A stretch of 47,135 nt of DNA, from assembly GCA_039195015.1 (NCBI GenBank), contig JBCCVT010000001.1, forward strand, positions 1-47,135. The letters are read 5' to 3'. The notes below the pieces were generated by a model. The model had not been told where the DNA came from, searched no databases, and saw only the letters and a program-made list of their open reading frames with translations. Source of the stretch: Pseudomonadota bacterium. GTDB lineage: Bacteria; Pseudomonadota; Alphaproteobacteria; Rhodobacterales; Rhodobacteraceae. Numbering within the stretch: position 1 is the first letter of the stretch; the number at the start of each line of letters is the position of its first letter. This document shows positions 1 to 10,253 of this stretch, in pieces. A program made the translations under genes and the position numbers.

Positions 1-2105
1 GATTTCGGCGCTTTCACAAGAAGCCGCACGCGGTGGCGGCCCCGCACCCGGGCAATCGGTGCTGGAGCAGGGCCGAAAACCTCCGCCCCCGCCGCGCGCA
101 GCGGCATGTCGTTTCGCGCAAGCGCGTTGCCCAGATCAAAGACCTGAGCCGTGTCCGACCCGCTCAGGATAATGCCTGCCATGCGCCCAAACGGCGGTAC
201 ACCGACCGCGCGGCGGCTGTCGGCCTCGGCCCGCCAAAAGCCGATTTCATCGCCCGAAAGGATCGACCGAATGACCGGATGGTCGGGCTGATAGGTCTGC
301 AGCAGAGCGAGCCCCGGCTTTTCGGCGCGTCCGGCACGCCCTGCAACCTGCCGCATCAGCTGAAAGGTGCGCTCGGCCGCGCGCAGATCGGAACCTTGCA
401 GACCCAGATCAGCATCGATCACGCCAACCAATGTCAGGTTCGGAAAGTTGTGCCCCTTGGCCACGAGTTGCGTGCCTATGATGATGTCGGCTTCGCCGCC
501 CGCGATTTCTTCGATCCGTTCCTTCAGTGCGCGGGCGCTGCCAAACAGGTCAGAACTCAGCGTCGCTATGCGGGCCTCGGGGAAACGCGCGGCCGCTTCC
601 TCTGCCAGCCGTTCCACACCGGGGCCGACCGGGGTAAGCCGGTCTTCGGCACCGCAATGCGGACACACCGTCGGGATCGGCGTGGTTTCCCCGCATTGGT
701 GGCACATAAGCCGTTTCAGAAACCGGTGTTCCACCATGCGGGCGTCACACTGGTCACACCCGATCTGTTGCCCACAGGCGCGACAGAGCGTGACCGGCGC
801 GTATCCGCGTCGGTTGAGAAAAAAGAGAACCTGTTCCCCCGCTTCAAGCCGCGAGGTCGCGGCCGATCGCAACGCCGGCGAAATCCACTGACCCGCCTGC
901 ATGTCCTGCGAGCGCATATCGATGGCGCGCATCTCGGGCAGGACAGCGTCTCCGAAGCGGGCGGTCAACTCGAGCCGCGCATACTTCCCCGCCTCCGCGT
1001 TGCTCCAGGTTTCGAGCGATGGCGTGGCCGAAGCCAGAACCACCTGCGCGCCGGTGATCGAGGCGCGCAATACCGCCATGTCGCGCGCATTGTAGAGCAC
1101 GCCATCCTCTTGCTTGTAGGAGGTGTCGTGTTCTTCATCGACGATGATCAGCCCCAGCGACTGGAACGGCAAAAACAGTGCGGATCGCGCGCCCACGATC
1201 AGCTGCGCATCTCCTTGTCCCGCCATCTTCCAGATCCGGCGCCGTTCCGTCATCGTCACGCCGGAATGCCACTCGGCCGGGCGCACGCCGAACCGCGCTT
1301 CGACCCGGGCGAGGAATTCTGCCGTCAACGCGATCTCGGGCAACAGAACCAATGCCTGCCGGCCAAGGCGCAGGGCTTCGGCGACCGCCTCCAGGTAGAC
1401 CTCAGTCTTGCCGGATCCGGTGACGCCTTTAAGCAAAGTCGTGCCGTACTCACCACTGCGCAGCGCGGTGCGCAGCGTCTCGGCTGCGGCGGCTTGATCC
1501 TGAGACAGATGCTTGCCCGGCAAGTTTGGGTCGAGTGGCGGAAAGGGCAGATCCCGGGGGCTGTCTTCCTCGCGCACTGCACCTTGTTTGACGAGACCCT
1601 TGATCACCGACGGGGTAACATCGGACATTTCGGCAAGCTCGCGCTGCGTGAAGGCCAGCCCGCCAAAGTCGCGCAGCGTGTCGAGTACCCGGCCGCGCGC
1701 AGCTGTCATCCGGTCGGGTGTCCCAGTGCCCAGCCGGTATACCTTGCGCATTGACGGCGGGTCGCCCAGCCCGGGAGCCCGCGTGGCCAGCCGCAGCATC
1801 GCGGGCATTGGCGTCAGCGTGTAAGCTGCAGCGCGGATCAGAAACTGGCGCAGCTCGGTGCGCATCGGTGCGGCGTCGAGCACGCGGATCACCGCACGGA
1901 CCTTGGCGGCATCGAAATCCCCCTGCCCCGGCCCCCAGACCACGCCGAGCACCTTTCGCGGACCCAACGGCACCTCGACAAACGCGCCCAGCCAGCACCC
2001 GCCCTCGGGTGCCTTGTAGTCCAGCACCCGGTCCAGCGGCTGCGTCGTCAACACCCCGATTAACGCGCCCGCATCAAAAAAGTCGGCGTTTTCCGGCGCG
2101 ATCAT
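1..2105 (-). CDS. priA: Primosomal replication restart helicase PriA (C-terminal ~60 aa lie beyond the left window edge)
   Basis: Missing from the ORF track because no stop falls inside the window. Read on the reverse complement from ATG at 2105-2103 it gives MIAPENADFFDAGALIGVLTTQPLDRVLDYKAPEGG. Around 1100-1160 it gives the helicase motif LIIVDEEHDTSYKQEDGVLY, and at the edge ...PIARVRGRHRVRLLVKAPK. An alternative in-frame ATG sits at 2156. The + ORF 33..1754 is its antisense shadow. Confidence 0.9.
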   Translation of the reverse strand, partial: MIAPENADFFDAGALIGVLTTQPLDRVLDYKAPEGGCWLGAFVEVPLGPRKVLGVVWGPGQGDFDAAKVRAVIRVLDAAPMRTELRQFLIRAAAYTLTPMPAMLRLATRAPGLGDPPSMRKVYRLGTGTPDRMTAARGRVLDTLRDFGGLAFTQRELAEMSDVTPSVIKGLVKQGAVREEDSPRDLPFPPLDPNLPGKHLSQDQAAAAETLRTALRSGEYGTTLLKGVTGSGKTEVYLEAVAEALRLGRQALVLLPEIALTAEFLARVEARFGVRPAEWHSGVTMTERRRIWKMAGQGDAQLIVGARSALFLPFQSLGLIIVDEEHDTSYKQEDGVLYNARDMAVLRASITGAQVVLASATPSLETWSNAEAGKYARLELTARFGDAVLPEMRAIDMRSQDMQAGQWISPALRSAATSRLEAGEQVLFFLNRRGYAPVTLCRACGQQIGCDQCDARMVEHRFLKRLMCHQCGETTPIPTVCPHCGAEDRLTPVGPGVERLAEEAAARFPEARIATLSSDLFGSARALKERIEEIAGGEADIIIGTQLVAKGHNFPNLTLVGVIDADLGLQGSDLRAAERTFQLMRQVAGRAGRAEKPGLALLQTYQPDHPVIRSILSGDEIGFWRAEADSRRAVGVPPFGRMAGIILSGSDTAQVFDLGNALARNDMPLRAAGAEVFGPAPAPIARVRGRHRVRLLVKAPK

Positions 2106-2207
2106 CGTTAGCGGTAACTCCTTGTTCAACGCAGCACTGGAAGGCCGCGTTCTCATGGGGTAAACGCTGGTGCGAGATTAGCCAAGACGCTGCCAGGGAG
2201 CGCCCCC

Positions 2208-2861
2208 ATGAAATTCTTTGTAGACACCGCCGAGATCGACGCGATCGCGGAACTGAACGATCTGGGCATGGTCGACGGCGTGACGACAAACCCGTCGCTG
2301 ATCCTGAAATCGGGTCGTGACATCATCGAAGTTACCAAAGAGATCTGTGACCTCGTCGACGGGCCGGTGTCCGCCGAAGTTGTCGCGACCGAAGCCGACG
2401 CGATGATCGCGGAAGGCCGCAAGCTGGCCGAGATCGCCGAGAACATCGCGATCAAGCTGCCGCTTACCTGGGACGGGCTCAAGGCCTGCAAGGTGCTAAC
2501 GGGTGAGGGCCGGATGGTCAATGTCACCTTGTGCTTTTCAGGCAGCCAGGCGCTGCTGGCCGCCAAGGCCGGGGCGACGTTTATCTCGCCCTTCATCGGC
2601 AGGCTTGATGACATCAACCTGGACGGGATGGATCTGATTGCGGATATCCGGACGATCTATGACAATTACAGCTTTGAAACGCAAATCCTCGCTGCATCAA
2701 TCCGCAGCATAAACCATGCGCTGGAAAGCGCACGTATCGGAGCCGACGTAATGACCGCGCCTCCGGGCGTAATCAAGTCTTTGGCCAAGCATCCGCTGAC
2801 CGACAAGGGCCTTGAAGCGTTCCTGTCCGACTGGGCCAAGACCGGGCAGAAAATCCTGTAA
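2208..2861 (+). CDS. fsa: Short (type 3B) transaldolase / fructose-6-phosphate aldolase family protein
   Basis: The 217-aa product [31 protein letters not shown]...[11 protein letters not shown] is the typical short TalC/Fsa-type TIM-barrel sequence. It lies divergent from priA. Confidence 0.9.
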   Translation: MKFFVDTAEIDAIAELNDLGMVDGVTTNPSLILKSGRDIIEVTKEICDLVDGPVSAEVVATEADAMIAEGRKLAEIAENIAIKLPLTWDGLKACKVLTGEGRMVNVTLCFSGSQALLAAKAGATFISPFIGRLDDINLDGMDLIADIRTIYDNYSFETQILAASIRSINHALESARIGADVMTAPPGVIKSLAKHPLTDKGLEAFLSDWAKTGQKIL

Positions 2862-2873
2862 ACCTATCATTAA

Positions 2874-2906
2874 CCATACTGGCTCAGGTTGCTTGGGCCA
2901 GTATGG
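2874..2906 (+). terminator. Stem-loop 13 nt after the fsa stop (candidate terminator, no U-tract)
   Basis: ccatactggc (2874-2883) pairs perfectly with gccagtatgg (2897-2906). Three more pairs extend the stem to about 13 bp. No T-run follows. Confidence 0.35.
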
Positions 2907-2977
2907 TGACGCGAAAAAACAGTCGCAGAAAACGACGCGCGTGATATGGTTCACATCAAACAAACATAGAGGCAGGC

Positions 2978-3685
2978 ATGAGCAGCAGCCCGAAACTGGA
3001 AGACCACCTGCGTGCGGCGATCCTGAAGACTCCCGACGCGGTGCTGGATGATCACGACCTGATGCGCGCCCTGGTTTCGGCCAATCAAAAGTCGATGGGC
3101 GCAAATGTGGTCGATCTTCGCGGGATCGCGATGGACCGGCTTGAGGCTCGGCTTGGGCGGTTGGAAGACACCCATCGCAGCGTCATCGCGGCGGCATATG
3201 AAAACCTGTCGGGCACAAATCTCGTACAGCGCGCGATCCTGAGCCTTTTGGAGCCCACAGAATTTGAGGAGTTCCTGCGCAACCTCGGTGGAGACGTGGC
3301 CGAAATCCTCCGCGTCGACGCCGTTCGACTGGTGCTGGAATCTCTGCAAAGCGAAAACACAGCGGCCGTGGCGCGTCTGGATGGCATTCTGACCGTGGCC
3401 AAGCCGGGCTTTGTCGATGGCTATACGCGCACGCAGGCAGGAACCGAACCGCGTACCGTCACGCTGCGCCAGATGGAGTGCGGCGAAGCCCGCGTCTATG
3501 GTTCCGACGCCACCTGGCTCCGGTCAGAAGCTTGCCTTCGCCTTGATCTCGGCAAGGGCCGCCTGCCCGGTCTGCTGGTTCTAGGCTCGGAGGATCCGCA
3601 TCAGTTCTCACCACAGCAGGGCACCGATCTGTTGCAGTTCCTGGCGGGCGTTCTGGAACGATCGCTAAGGCACTGGTTGTCGTGA
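2978..3685 (+). CDS. DUF484 family protein (conserved partner upstream of xerC)
   Basis: The 235-aa ORF has a GTGA overlap with the following recombinase gene. This DUF484-xerC arrangement is common in proteobacteria. Confidence 0.8.
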   Translation: MSSSPKLEDHLRAAILKTPDAVLDDHDLMRALVSANQKSMGANVVDLRGIAMDRLEARLGRLEDTHRSVIAAAYENLSGTNLVQRAILSLLEPTEFEEFLRNLGGDVAEILRVDAVRLVLESLQSENTAAVARLDGILTVAKPGFVDGYTRTQAGTEPRTVTLRQMECGEARVYGSDATWLRSEACLRLDLGKGRLPGLLVLGSEDPHQFSPQQGTDLLQFLAGVLERSLRHWLS

Positions 3686-4602
3686 CCTTCGTTTCGCCCG
3701 CGGCTGTTGACGCTTTGGAACACTGGCTCGACAGCCAGCGGGCACTGAACAACGCGGCGGATAACACGATCACTGCATACCGAACGGATGTCAGCCGGTT
3801 TCTGTCCTTCATGACACGCCACCATGGCGGACCACAGGGGTTGGGCGCGCTGGAGCGGATCAGCCTTTCCGACATGCGGGCCTGGATGGCGGACGAACGT
3901 CTCGACGGCCTTGGCTCGCGGTCGCTGGCACGCAGGCTTTCGGCGGTGAAGTCCTTTTATCGCTGGTTGGCGGAGCGCGAAGGGTTCGAACCGACGGCCG
4001 TTCTTTCTGCTCGGTCGCCAAAGTTTCAAAAGCGCCTGCCACGCCCGCTTGCGCAGGACGCCGCCCGCGCGATCCTTGATGAGAGCGCATCGACAGCCAC
4101 CAAACCCTGGGTTGCGGCCCGCGACACTGCGGTTCTGACCCTGCTTTATGGCTGCGGGTTACGGATTTCCGAAGCGCTCGGCCTGAAATCCGATGATGCG
4201 CCGCTACCCGACACGCTGCGCATCATCGGCAAAGGCGGGAAGGAGCGGGTTGTCCCCGTGCTGCCCGTCGCAAAGGAAGCTGTCGATCGGTACCTGTCGC
4301 TCTGCCCACACCCGATGGCTGCTGGCGAACCGCTTTTTCGCGGCGCGCGTGGAGGTGCCCTGAACCCGCGCACGGTTCAGCACGTGATGAGCGGCCTGCG
4401 CATGCAACTTGGTTTGCCTGCGACCGCCACGCCACACGCCTTGCGGCACAGTTTCGCCACACACCTGCTGGAGGCCGGGGGCGATCTGCGCGCGATCCAG
4501 GAACTTCTGGGCCATGCCTCGCTGTCGACGACCCAGGCCTACACGGCGGTCGACACAGCGCACCTGCTCGAGATCTATTCCAGGACGCATCCCAAGGCCT
4601 AG
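3682..4602 (+). CDS. xerC: Tyrosine site-specific recombinase XerC
   Basis: The 306-aa product carries ...TITAYRTDVSRFLSF..., ARDTAVLTLLYGCGLRISEALGL, and HALRHSFATHLLEAGGDLRAIQELLGHASLSTTQAYT with the catalytic Tyr. The DUF484 neighbour fits the housekeeping XerC rather than a phage integrase. Confidence 0.85.
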   Translation: MTFVSPAAVDALEHWLDSQRALNNAADNTITAYRTDVSRFLSFMTRHHGGPQGLGALERISLSDMRAWMADERLDGLGSRSLARRLSAVKSFYRWLAEREGFEPTAVLSARSPKFQKRLPRPLAQDAARAILDESASTATKPWVAARDTAVLTLLYGCGLRISEALGLKSDDAPLPDTLRIIGKGGKERVVPVLPVAKEAVDRYLSLCPHPMAAGEPLFRGARGGALNPRTVQHVMSGLRMQLGLPATATPHALRHSFATHLLEAGGDLRAIQELLGHASLSTTQAYTAVDTAHLLEIYSRTHPKA

Positions 4603-4790
4603 CCGCCTTGGTGTAAGGGATCACGAAAGCTACTCAAACGCGATCGTCGCCGACAGTTTCCATGCGCCTTCTATGCGCCTCAAATACCAGCCAGTACACC
4701 GAATTGACGTCACGATATCGATCCGCGAGACAAGCGAACAAAGCCCGATTTCACTTTGCATCCCGCTGCGCGATCCGTCATGACAGTCCA

Positions 4791-5507
4791 ATGACGCTTC
4801 GACTCCGCGCCCTTTTCGTGCACCTTTTGACCGCTACAGGTGCTGTTTTCGCGATGCTGGCCATGCTTGCGGCCGTCGATCAGAAATGGGATTTGATGTT
4901 CCTCTGGCTGGTGATCGCGTTCTTCGTGGATGGGATCGACGGGCCGCTCGCCCGAAAATACGACGTACGCCGGAATGCACCTGAATTCGACGGCGTGCTG
5001 CTGGATCTGATCATCGACTACCTGACTTACGTGTTCATTCCCGCCTTCGCCCTGTTCAAATCAGGCCTTATGGACGGCTGGACCGGCTGGATCGCGCTGT
5101 TGCTCATCACCTTTTCCAGCGCGATGTATTTTGCCGATACGCGCATGAAAACCCGGGATAACTCCTTCTCCGGCTTTCCCGGTTGCTGGAACATGGTCGT
5201 GATCGTGATTTTCGCGATCCAGCCAAATTTCTGGGTGAGCCTGGCGTTGGTGGCCTGCCTGGCCGTGGCGATGTTCTTGCCGCTCAAATTTGTGCACCCG
5301 GTCAGGACCGCGCGCTGGCGCGCCCTGACACTTCCGGTGGCTCTGGCCTGGACCTTCTTTGCTGGCTGGGCCGCCTGGGTGGATTTCCATCCCGACAGCT
5401 GGGCCCATTGGGGACTTGTGGGCACCAGCCTCTACCTGGTCTTTGCCGGTATCGCGCAGCAGCTTCTGCCGTCCCGCACAGCGCTCGAGGAACGGCGGTC
5501 GGTCTGA
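4791..5507 (+). CDS. pcs: Phosphatidylcholine synthase (CDP-alcohol phosphatidyltransferase family)
   Basis: From the internal ATG at 4791 the product reads MTLRLRALFVHLLTATGAVFAM...DGIDGPLARKYDV...DLIIDYLTYVFIPA and is a multi-TM protein. The track ORF starts at 4662, but that N-terminal extension looks non-coding. Confidence 0.8.
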   Translation: MTLRLRALFVHLLTATGAVFAMLAMLAAVDQKWDLMFLWLVIAFFVDGIDGPLARKYDVRRNAPEFDGVLLDLIIDYLTYVFIPAFALFKSGLMDGWTGWIALLLITFSSAMYFADTRMKTRDNSFSGFPGCWNMVVIVIFAIQPNFWVSLALVACLAVAMFLPLKFVHPVRTARWRALTLPVALAWTFFAGWAAWVDFHPDSWAHWGLVGTSLYLVFAGIAQQLLPSRTALEERRSV

Positions 5508-5966
5508 TCAGATCAGCAGACTGCCGGCGCCCTCGTGTCTCAGCAGCGCAACTTTGGTTTCGACACCTCCGGCGCCGGAAAAGCCTGTAAGCTTGCCACC
5601 CGCCCCCATGACCCGGTGGCAGGGAATGATGATCGGGATCGGATTGCCACCGCAGGCGCTGCCGACCGCCTGAGCCGACTGGCCCAAGTCTTTCGCGATT
5701 TCGCCATAGGTGCGCGTGTGGCCAAAAGGGATCGCCAGCATCGCCTCGCACACTGCCTTTTGAAACTCTGATCCGTGAATCCGAAGCGGCAGATCAAAGG
5801 TTTCGCGCGCACCGGCGTCATATGCTTTCAGCTGCTCGGCCGCGCTTTTGAGCAGGGGTGTTTCCGGCTCGACATGCGGACCACCCCAAGTGACGGACGT
5901 GATTGCGCCGTCCTCTTCGGTCAGCGTCAGGCGTCCGAATTGCGTATCAATGCTCGCATGTTCCAT
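5508..5966 (-). CDS. ogt: Methylated-DNA--protein-cysteine methyltransferase
   Basis: The active-site motif IIIPCHRV and TYGEIAKDLG are present. The start was chosen at MEHASIDTQFGRLTL (ATG 5966); TTG at 6002 is possible. Its stop abuts the pcs stop with zero spacing. Confidence 0.8.
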   Translation of the reverse strand: MEHASIDTQFGRLTLTEEDGAITSVTWGGPHVEPETPLLKSAAEQLKAYDAGARETFDLPLRIHGSEFQKAVCEAMLAIPFGHTRTYGEIAKDLGQSAQAVGSACGGNPIPIIIPCHRVMGAGGKLTGFSGAGGVETKVALLRHEGAGSLLI

Positions 5967-6038
5967 GGGCGGATCGTGGCAGCAAGCGGCCGCTTTGAGC
6001 AACCCGAAACCTGCGAGCTCGACGCGCGTTTTGGCCGG

Positions 6039-7817
6039 CTAAAGGGGCCAGATGAACGGGATAAGGGCCGACGCGAGCAAACCGATGCTAAGGTTGAGCG
6101 GGATGCCGACCTTCAGAAAGTCCGAGAACCGATAACCTCCCGGACCGTAGACCAGCATATTGGTCTGATACCCGATTGGTGTTGCGAAACTGGCCGAAGC
6201 CGCGACCATCACCGCGACGACCAACGGGCGCGCGTCGATGCCCATTGCGTCGGCGAGACCGATTGCAACGGGCGTGACCACGACCGCCACCGCATTGTTT
6301 GACACAAGTTCGGTCAGGATCGAGGTCAGCAGATAGATCGCCCAGACGATCAGAAAGGACGGCAGCATGTCGAGCGCCGGCGCAATCGCCTCGACCACAA
6401 GCCGCACTGCGCCCGAGCTTTCGAGCGCGGCCCCGATGGCGAGCATCGAAAAGATCAGCGCCAGTAGACGGCCATCGACAAAGGAAAACGCCTCATCCGC
6501 GTCGATGCACCGGGTCACGAGCACCACAGCCACCGCAATCACCGAAAGCAACAGGATCGGTGCGACGCCCATCGCGGCCAACCCGACGATACCGAGAAGC
6601 GCCCCGATCGCGATCGGGGCATGGCTGCGCCGGAAGGCACGCGCAGAGGGGGTCGATACGTCGACCAGATCCATATCCGCCGCCAAACGCTGGATATCGG
6701 CCGGGTTGCCCTCAAGCAGCAGCGTATCGCCTACCTTTACAACCAGATCATCCAACTGCCTGCCGATATTCTGGTTCCGGCGGTGGGCGGCAAGCGTGTA
6801 GATTCCGTAACGGCGGCGCAGGCGCAACGACCCGAGCGTTCGGCCCACCATCCGACAGCCTGGCGTGATCAGCACCTCGACCGTCGAGGTTTCTACCGCC
6901 GACACCTGATCGACCCGTTTCAGCGATTTGTCACGTTGAAGGCTCAAAAGCTCGGTCATCTGCGTCCGCAGTACGACACGGTCACCGACCTGCAAAGTTA
7001 CACCCGCGAGGTTGCGCCGCAGCGAGGTATCCCCGCGGATCACGTCGATCAAACGCACGCCCTCGCGCTTGAAAAGTTGGACACCCAACACCTCGCGCCC
7101 GATCAGGTTTGAATCAGGCGGGATGACAGCCTCGGTAAAGAACTTCATCTTCGACTTGTCCGACAGTAGATCCGCCATACTGTCGCGCACCGGCAAAAGC
7201 CGTGGCGCAATGAAACGCAGATAGACCATGCCCCAGGCAACGATTGCCAGGCCGAGCGGCGTGACTTCAAAGATCGAAAATGGCGCAAGGCCTTGCGAAC
7301 GGGCCACCCCATCAACGAGCAGGTTCGTGGACGTGCCGATCAGCGTCAGCGTCCCACCCATGATCGCCGCGTAACTCAGTGGAATGAGCATCTTGCTGGC
7401 GGCAAGACCCAGGGTGCGGGCAATTTGGGTCACCACCGGGATCATCACGACCACCACGGGCGTGTTCGAGACGACAGCAGACGCAAAGACCACAAAGGCC
7501 ATCAGCATCGCAACGGCGCGCGTCGGGTTCGATTCCGCCTGGCTTTCCGCCACGGTCGTAAAGGCGTCGAGCGCTCCTGTGCGCACCAGCGCGCCCATGA
7601 TCAAGAACATAGCCGCGATCGTCCAGGGCGCAGGGTTCGACAGCACCGGCAGCGCCTGGTCGTAGGGCAGGATCCCGGTGGCCATCATCACGGCCACTCC
7701 GGATACCGCCACCACCTCGGTTGGGAATATCTCGCGCAGAAAGGCCAAGAACATGACCCCGACCACGCAAAGTGCCAGCACCGCACTGGCCGTCTCGCTG
7801 TCCAGAAAGGCCTGCAT
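6039..7817 (-). CDS. SLC13/DASS-type permease with two central TrkA-C (RCK C-terminal) domains
   Basis: Two multi-TM halves flank two RCK_C-like segments (...GREVLGVQLFKREGVRLIDVIRGD... and ...GRTLGSLRLRRRYGIYTLAAHRR...). The start was chosen at MQAFLDSETASAV (ATG 7817), one nt after the upstream gene's stop. Confidence 0.8.
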   Translation of the reverse strand: MQAFLDSETASAVLALCVVGVMFLAFLREIFPTEVVAVSGVAVMMATGILPYDQALPVLSNPAPWTIAAMFLIMGALVRTGALDAFTTVAESQAESNPTRAVAMLMAFVVFASAVVSNTPVVVVMIPVVTQIARTLGLAASKMLIPLSYAAIMGGTLTLIGTSTNLLVDGVARSQGLAPFSIFEVTPLGLAIVAWGMVYLRFIAPRLLPVRDSMADLLSDKSKMKFFTEAVIPPDSNLIGREVLGVQLFKREGVRLIDVIRGDTSLRRNLAGVTLQVGDRVVLRTQMTELLSLQRDKSLKRVDQVSAVETSTVEVLITPGCRMVGRTLGSLRLRRRYGIYTLAAHRRNQNIGRQLDDLVVKVGDTLLLEGNPADIQRLAADMDLVDVSTPSARAFRRSHAPIAIGALLGIVGLAAMGVAPILLLSVIAVAVVLVTRCIDADEAFSFVDGRLLALIFSMLAIGAALESSGAVRLVVEAIAPALDMLPSFLIVWAIYLLTSILTELVSNNAVAVVVTPVAIGLADAMGIDARPLVVAVMVAASASFATPIGYQTNMLVYGPGGYRFSDFLKVGIPLNLSIGLLASALIPFIWPL

Positions 7818-7818
7818 C

Positions 7819-8781
7819 CTAAGTCTTTTGTTCGCCTGTGTCGCCGCTCCGCGCAGCAATGTCGCCGATTGGCTCAGCCTCCGCAAGCCGGTCGCGCGTT
7901 CGCGGCTGCACGAGCCACACGCCTGCCAGCACAAACACCAGCGCGGCCCAGATAAAAGGCGAATATCGCTCGCCGAGCAGCAACATCGCCCACAGCACTC
8001 CAAAGCCGGTCACCAGATAGCTTACCTGCGCGGCAAAGACCGCACCCGTCCGCCCCACGAGCCAGACATAGGTCGAATAGACCGCCAGATGGATCGCGGA
8101 CGAAGCGACGAAGGCCCATTCTGGCCCGGCCCAGACACGAAAGGGCGAGATGTACTGTCCCGTTCCGATCGCTAGCGGCAGAGCCATCAACGCGCCGACC
8201 AGCGACGCGCCGAACAGAACCTGGAACGGATCCATATCCGCCGTACCCCAGCGGGCGACGTAATTGCCCTCCATCGCGTAGCAGAGCGGTCCGATCAGCG
8301 AGACCAGGATCCAGATGAACATCGCTGGGTCGGGCAGGCTCGACTCGGGCAGAATGAGCAGCAGAACGCCCGCAAGGCCCAAAAGAAGGCCGATGAAGCG
8401 CCGCGCGTGAAAACGCTCCATCCCCAAGGCGATGGCCATCGGAAAAGCCATGACCGGGATCAGCGACAGGACGATTGTGTGCACGCCAACCGGCAGATGG
8501 GCGATTGCCTGGAACGAGGCAGAGTTCGGGACGACCGTGCCCAGAATTGCGATGACGACATAAACGATCAGGTTCGATCGCCCAAGCGGCAACCCGCGTC
8601 CTCGCAGCACTGTCAGCGTCCCCGCGATCGCCGCGCCAATGACCAACTGCCAGAAAATCAGACCAAAATGCTGGTGCCCCGTGCTCACCGCGATCTTGGT
8701 CAGAGGCTGCGTGAGCCCCCAGCCTGCCCCCATGGCCACAAGAGCCAGCGTATAGATATACGCCGGCCGCCAGCCGGTCAC
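7819..8781 (-). CDS. EamA/DMT family transporter
   Basis: The 320-aa product has about ten hydrophobic helices arranged as two EamA-like halves. Its GTG start overlaps the upstream gene's stop (GTGA). Confidence 0.8.
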   Translation of the reverse strand: MTGWRPAYIYTLALVAMGAGWGLTQPLTKIAVSTGHQHFGLIFWQLVIGAAIAGTLTVLRGRGLPLGRSNLIVYVVIAILGTVVPNSASFQAIAHLPVGVHTIVLSLIPVMAFPMAIALGMERFHARRFIGLLLGLAGVLLLILPESSLPDPAMFIWILVSLIGPLCYAMEGNYVARWGTADMDPFQVLFGASLVGALMALPLAIGTGQYISPFRVWAGPEWAFVASSAIHLAVYSTYVWLVGRTGAVFAAQVSYLVTGFGVLWAMLLLGERYSPFIWAALVFVLAGVWLVQPRTRDRLAEAEPIGDIAARSGDTGEQKT

Positions 8782-9590
8782 GGTGACGCCCCTTCAAGGC
8801 ATCCACCCTGACGAATCATGCGCGCGGATTTGGCGAGCCCCGTGCGGTCATCGGTTTCGACCAGAAGACCGGACAACGTCGCCTCGCCCAGTGCAGGCGA
8901 GAATCGCGCCTTGGGCATGCCGGTCACAAAGCGGCGCATCGGTTCTGCCTTTTCCATGCCTATGACGGAATCGTAATCGCCGCACATCCCTGCGTCAGTC
9001 TGATAAGCCGTGCCGCCTGGCAGGATCATCGTATCGGCTGTGGGCACATGGGTGTGGGTGCCGACCACGATGCTGGCCCGGCTATCGCAGAAATGACCCA
9101 TCGCCATTTTCTCGGATGTGGCCTCGCAATGGACGTCTACGATCGTTGCCTGGACCAGCCCGCCCGGAGGGTGCGCCCGCAGCACCGTGTCGACGGCCGA
9201 GAATGGGTCATCAAAAGCGCGCTTCATAAAGACTTGACCCAGCACCTGCAGGACAAGCACCTTGCGCCCGCCCGGAGCATCGTAGACCCGATGCCCGCGC
9301 CCAGGTGCTCCCTTGGCGTAATTCAACGGGCGGATGATGCGCGGTTCGGCTTCGATGAATTGCAGCATGTCCTTCTGGTCGAAGGCGTGATCTCCGAGCG
9401 TCAGGCAATCGACGCCCGCATCCAGCAAGCTGCGCGCGTGGTCCGGCGACAGGCCCATGCCCCCGGTCGCGTTTTCACCATTCACGACCACGAAATCCAG
9501 CCGCCATTCGGTGCGCAGCCGTGGCAGGCCTTCGATCACGGCCGCGCGGCCGGCCCGCCCCATGACATCGCCCAAAAACAAACATCTCAT
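8778..9590 (-). CDS. YmdB-like metallophosphoesterase (2',3'-cyclic-nucleotide phosphodiesterase family)
   Basis: From ATG 9590 the product reads MRCLFLGDVMGRAGR...VVVNGENATGGMG...GDHAFD...VVGTHTHVPTAD, which are calcineurin-like phosphoesterase motifs of the YmdB family. Confidence 0.8.
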   Translation of the reverse strand: MRCLFLGDVMGRAGRAAVIEGLPRLRTEWRLDFVVVNGENATGGMGLSPDHARSLLDAGVDCLTLGDHAFDQKDMLQFIEAEPRIIRPLNYAKGAPGRGHRVYDAPGGRKVLVLQVLGQVFMKRAFDDPFSAVDTVLRAHPPGGLVQATIVDVHCEATSEKMAMGHFCDSRASIVVGTHTHVPTADTMILPGGTAYQTDAGMCGDYDSVIGMEKAEPMRRFVTGMPKARFSPALGEATLSGLLVETDDRTGLAKSARMIRQGGCLEGASP

Positions 9591-9686
9591 TTGAGAGGTG
9601 GTAGGCCCGTGCCGGTGCAAGGACAAGGGTTAACGGTGGGTTTGATCGCTACCCTCGCCATGATTCCAATTCGGCTTACTCCAAAC

Positions 9687-10253
9687 TCAACGTTTGGCCA
9701 GCGTCCGAACCTCAGCTTCGGTCACTATCAGATCCAGCGTCTGGTCTGTCGGCTCCAACGGAAGCATTTCAGCTTCTTGCGCCGCATAGGCAAAGCCGAT
9801 GGCGAGCGTTGCGCGTCGCGCGCGCAGCTGTTCCAGCGTGCGGTCATAGAATCCGCCGCCATAGCCCAATCGACCACCTGTCGCGTCGAAAGCGACAAGG
9901 GGCACGATCAGGATCTCTGGTTCAAAGTAGTCAGCAATCGCCGGAACACGGGCCCCGAACGGACCGTCGACCATTCCGCTTTCCGGTTCCCATCTCGAAA
10001 AGAGCAAGGGCAGACCATTTCCTTGGATAACAGGGACACCAACACTTCCATGCGCGGCCGCCTCGGCCATGGCGGGCAAGGGATCGATTTCGGTTCGAAT
10101 GGGCATGTATCCCGCCAGTGGCACGCCGCGATACCCAGCCAGAACGCTGCTGAGCTGCCCCGCCGCACCAGGTGCTGCCTCGGCATGTGCCTTTTTGCGT
10201 CGGGCGAAGGCCGCACGCCGAGCCTCGACCTTGACTTTGGTCAGATCGGTCAC
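9687..10253 (-). CDS. 5-formyltetrahydrofolate cyclo-ligase
   Basis: The 188-aa product contains ...ILIVPLVAFDATGGRLGYGGGFYDRTL..., the characteristic MTHFS motif. Its GTG start overlaps the mgtE stop (GTGA). Confidence 0.8.
   Translation of the reverse strand: MTDLTKVKVEARRAAFARRKKAHAEAAPGAAGQLSSVLAGYRGVPLAGYMPIRTEIDPLPAMAEAAAHGSVGVPVIQGNGLPLLFSRWEPESGMVDGPFGARVPAIADYFEPEILIVPLVAFDATGGRLGYGGGFYDRTLEQLRARRATLAIGFAYAAQEAEMLPLEPTDQTLDLIVTEAEVRTLAKR

Noticed and set aside
33-1754. 573-aa + strand ORF, the longest ORF at the left end of the track
   Set aside because: It is the antisense shadow of priA. The minus strand in the 3k frame gives unmistakable PriA motifs (DEEHD, C-terminal ...VRGRHRVRLLVKA). 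The + strand translation is Arg/Pro/Ala-rich nonsense typical of high-GC antisense frames.
3682-4602. Tyrosine recombinase as a marker of an integrated mobile element
   Set aside because: The DUF484-xerC arrangement and flanking housekeeping genes indicate the chromosomal dimer-resolution XerC. There are no att-like repeats, phage genes or compositional shift nearby. I also found no dif-like site in the window.
9591-10253. Possible 6S RNA (ssrS) next to the 5-formyltetrahydrofolate cyclo-ligase gene, a linkage known from many proteobacteria
   Set aside because: The MTHFS start overlaps the mgtE stop, so there is no upstream intergenic space. The downstream gap (9591-9686) is only 96 nt, too short for a ~160-180 nt 6S RNA, and it shows no long interrupted helix.
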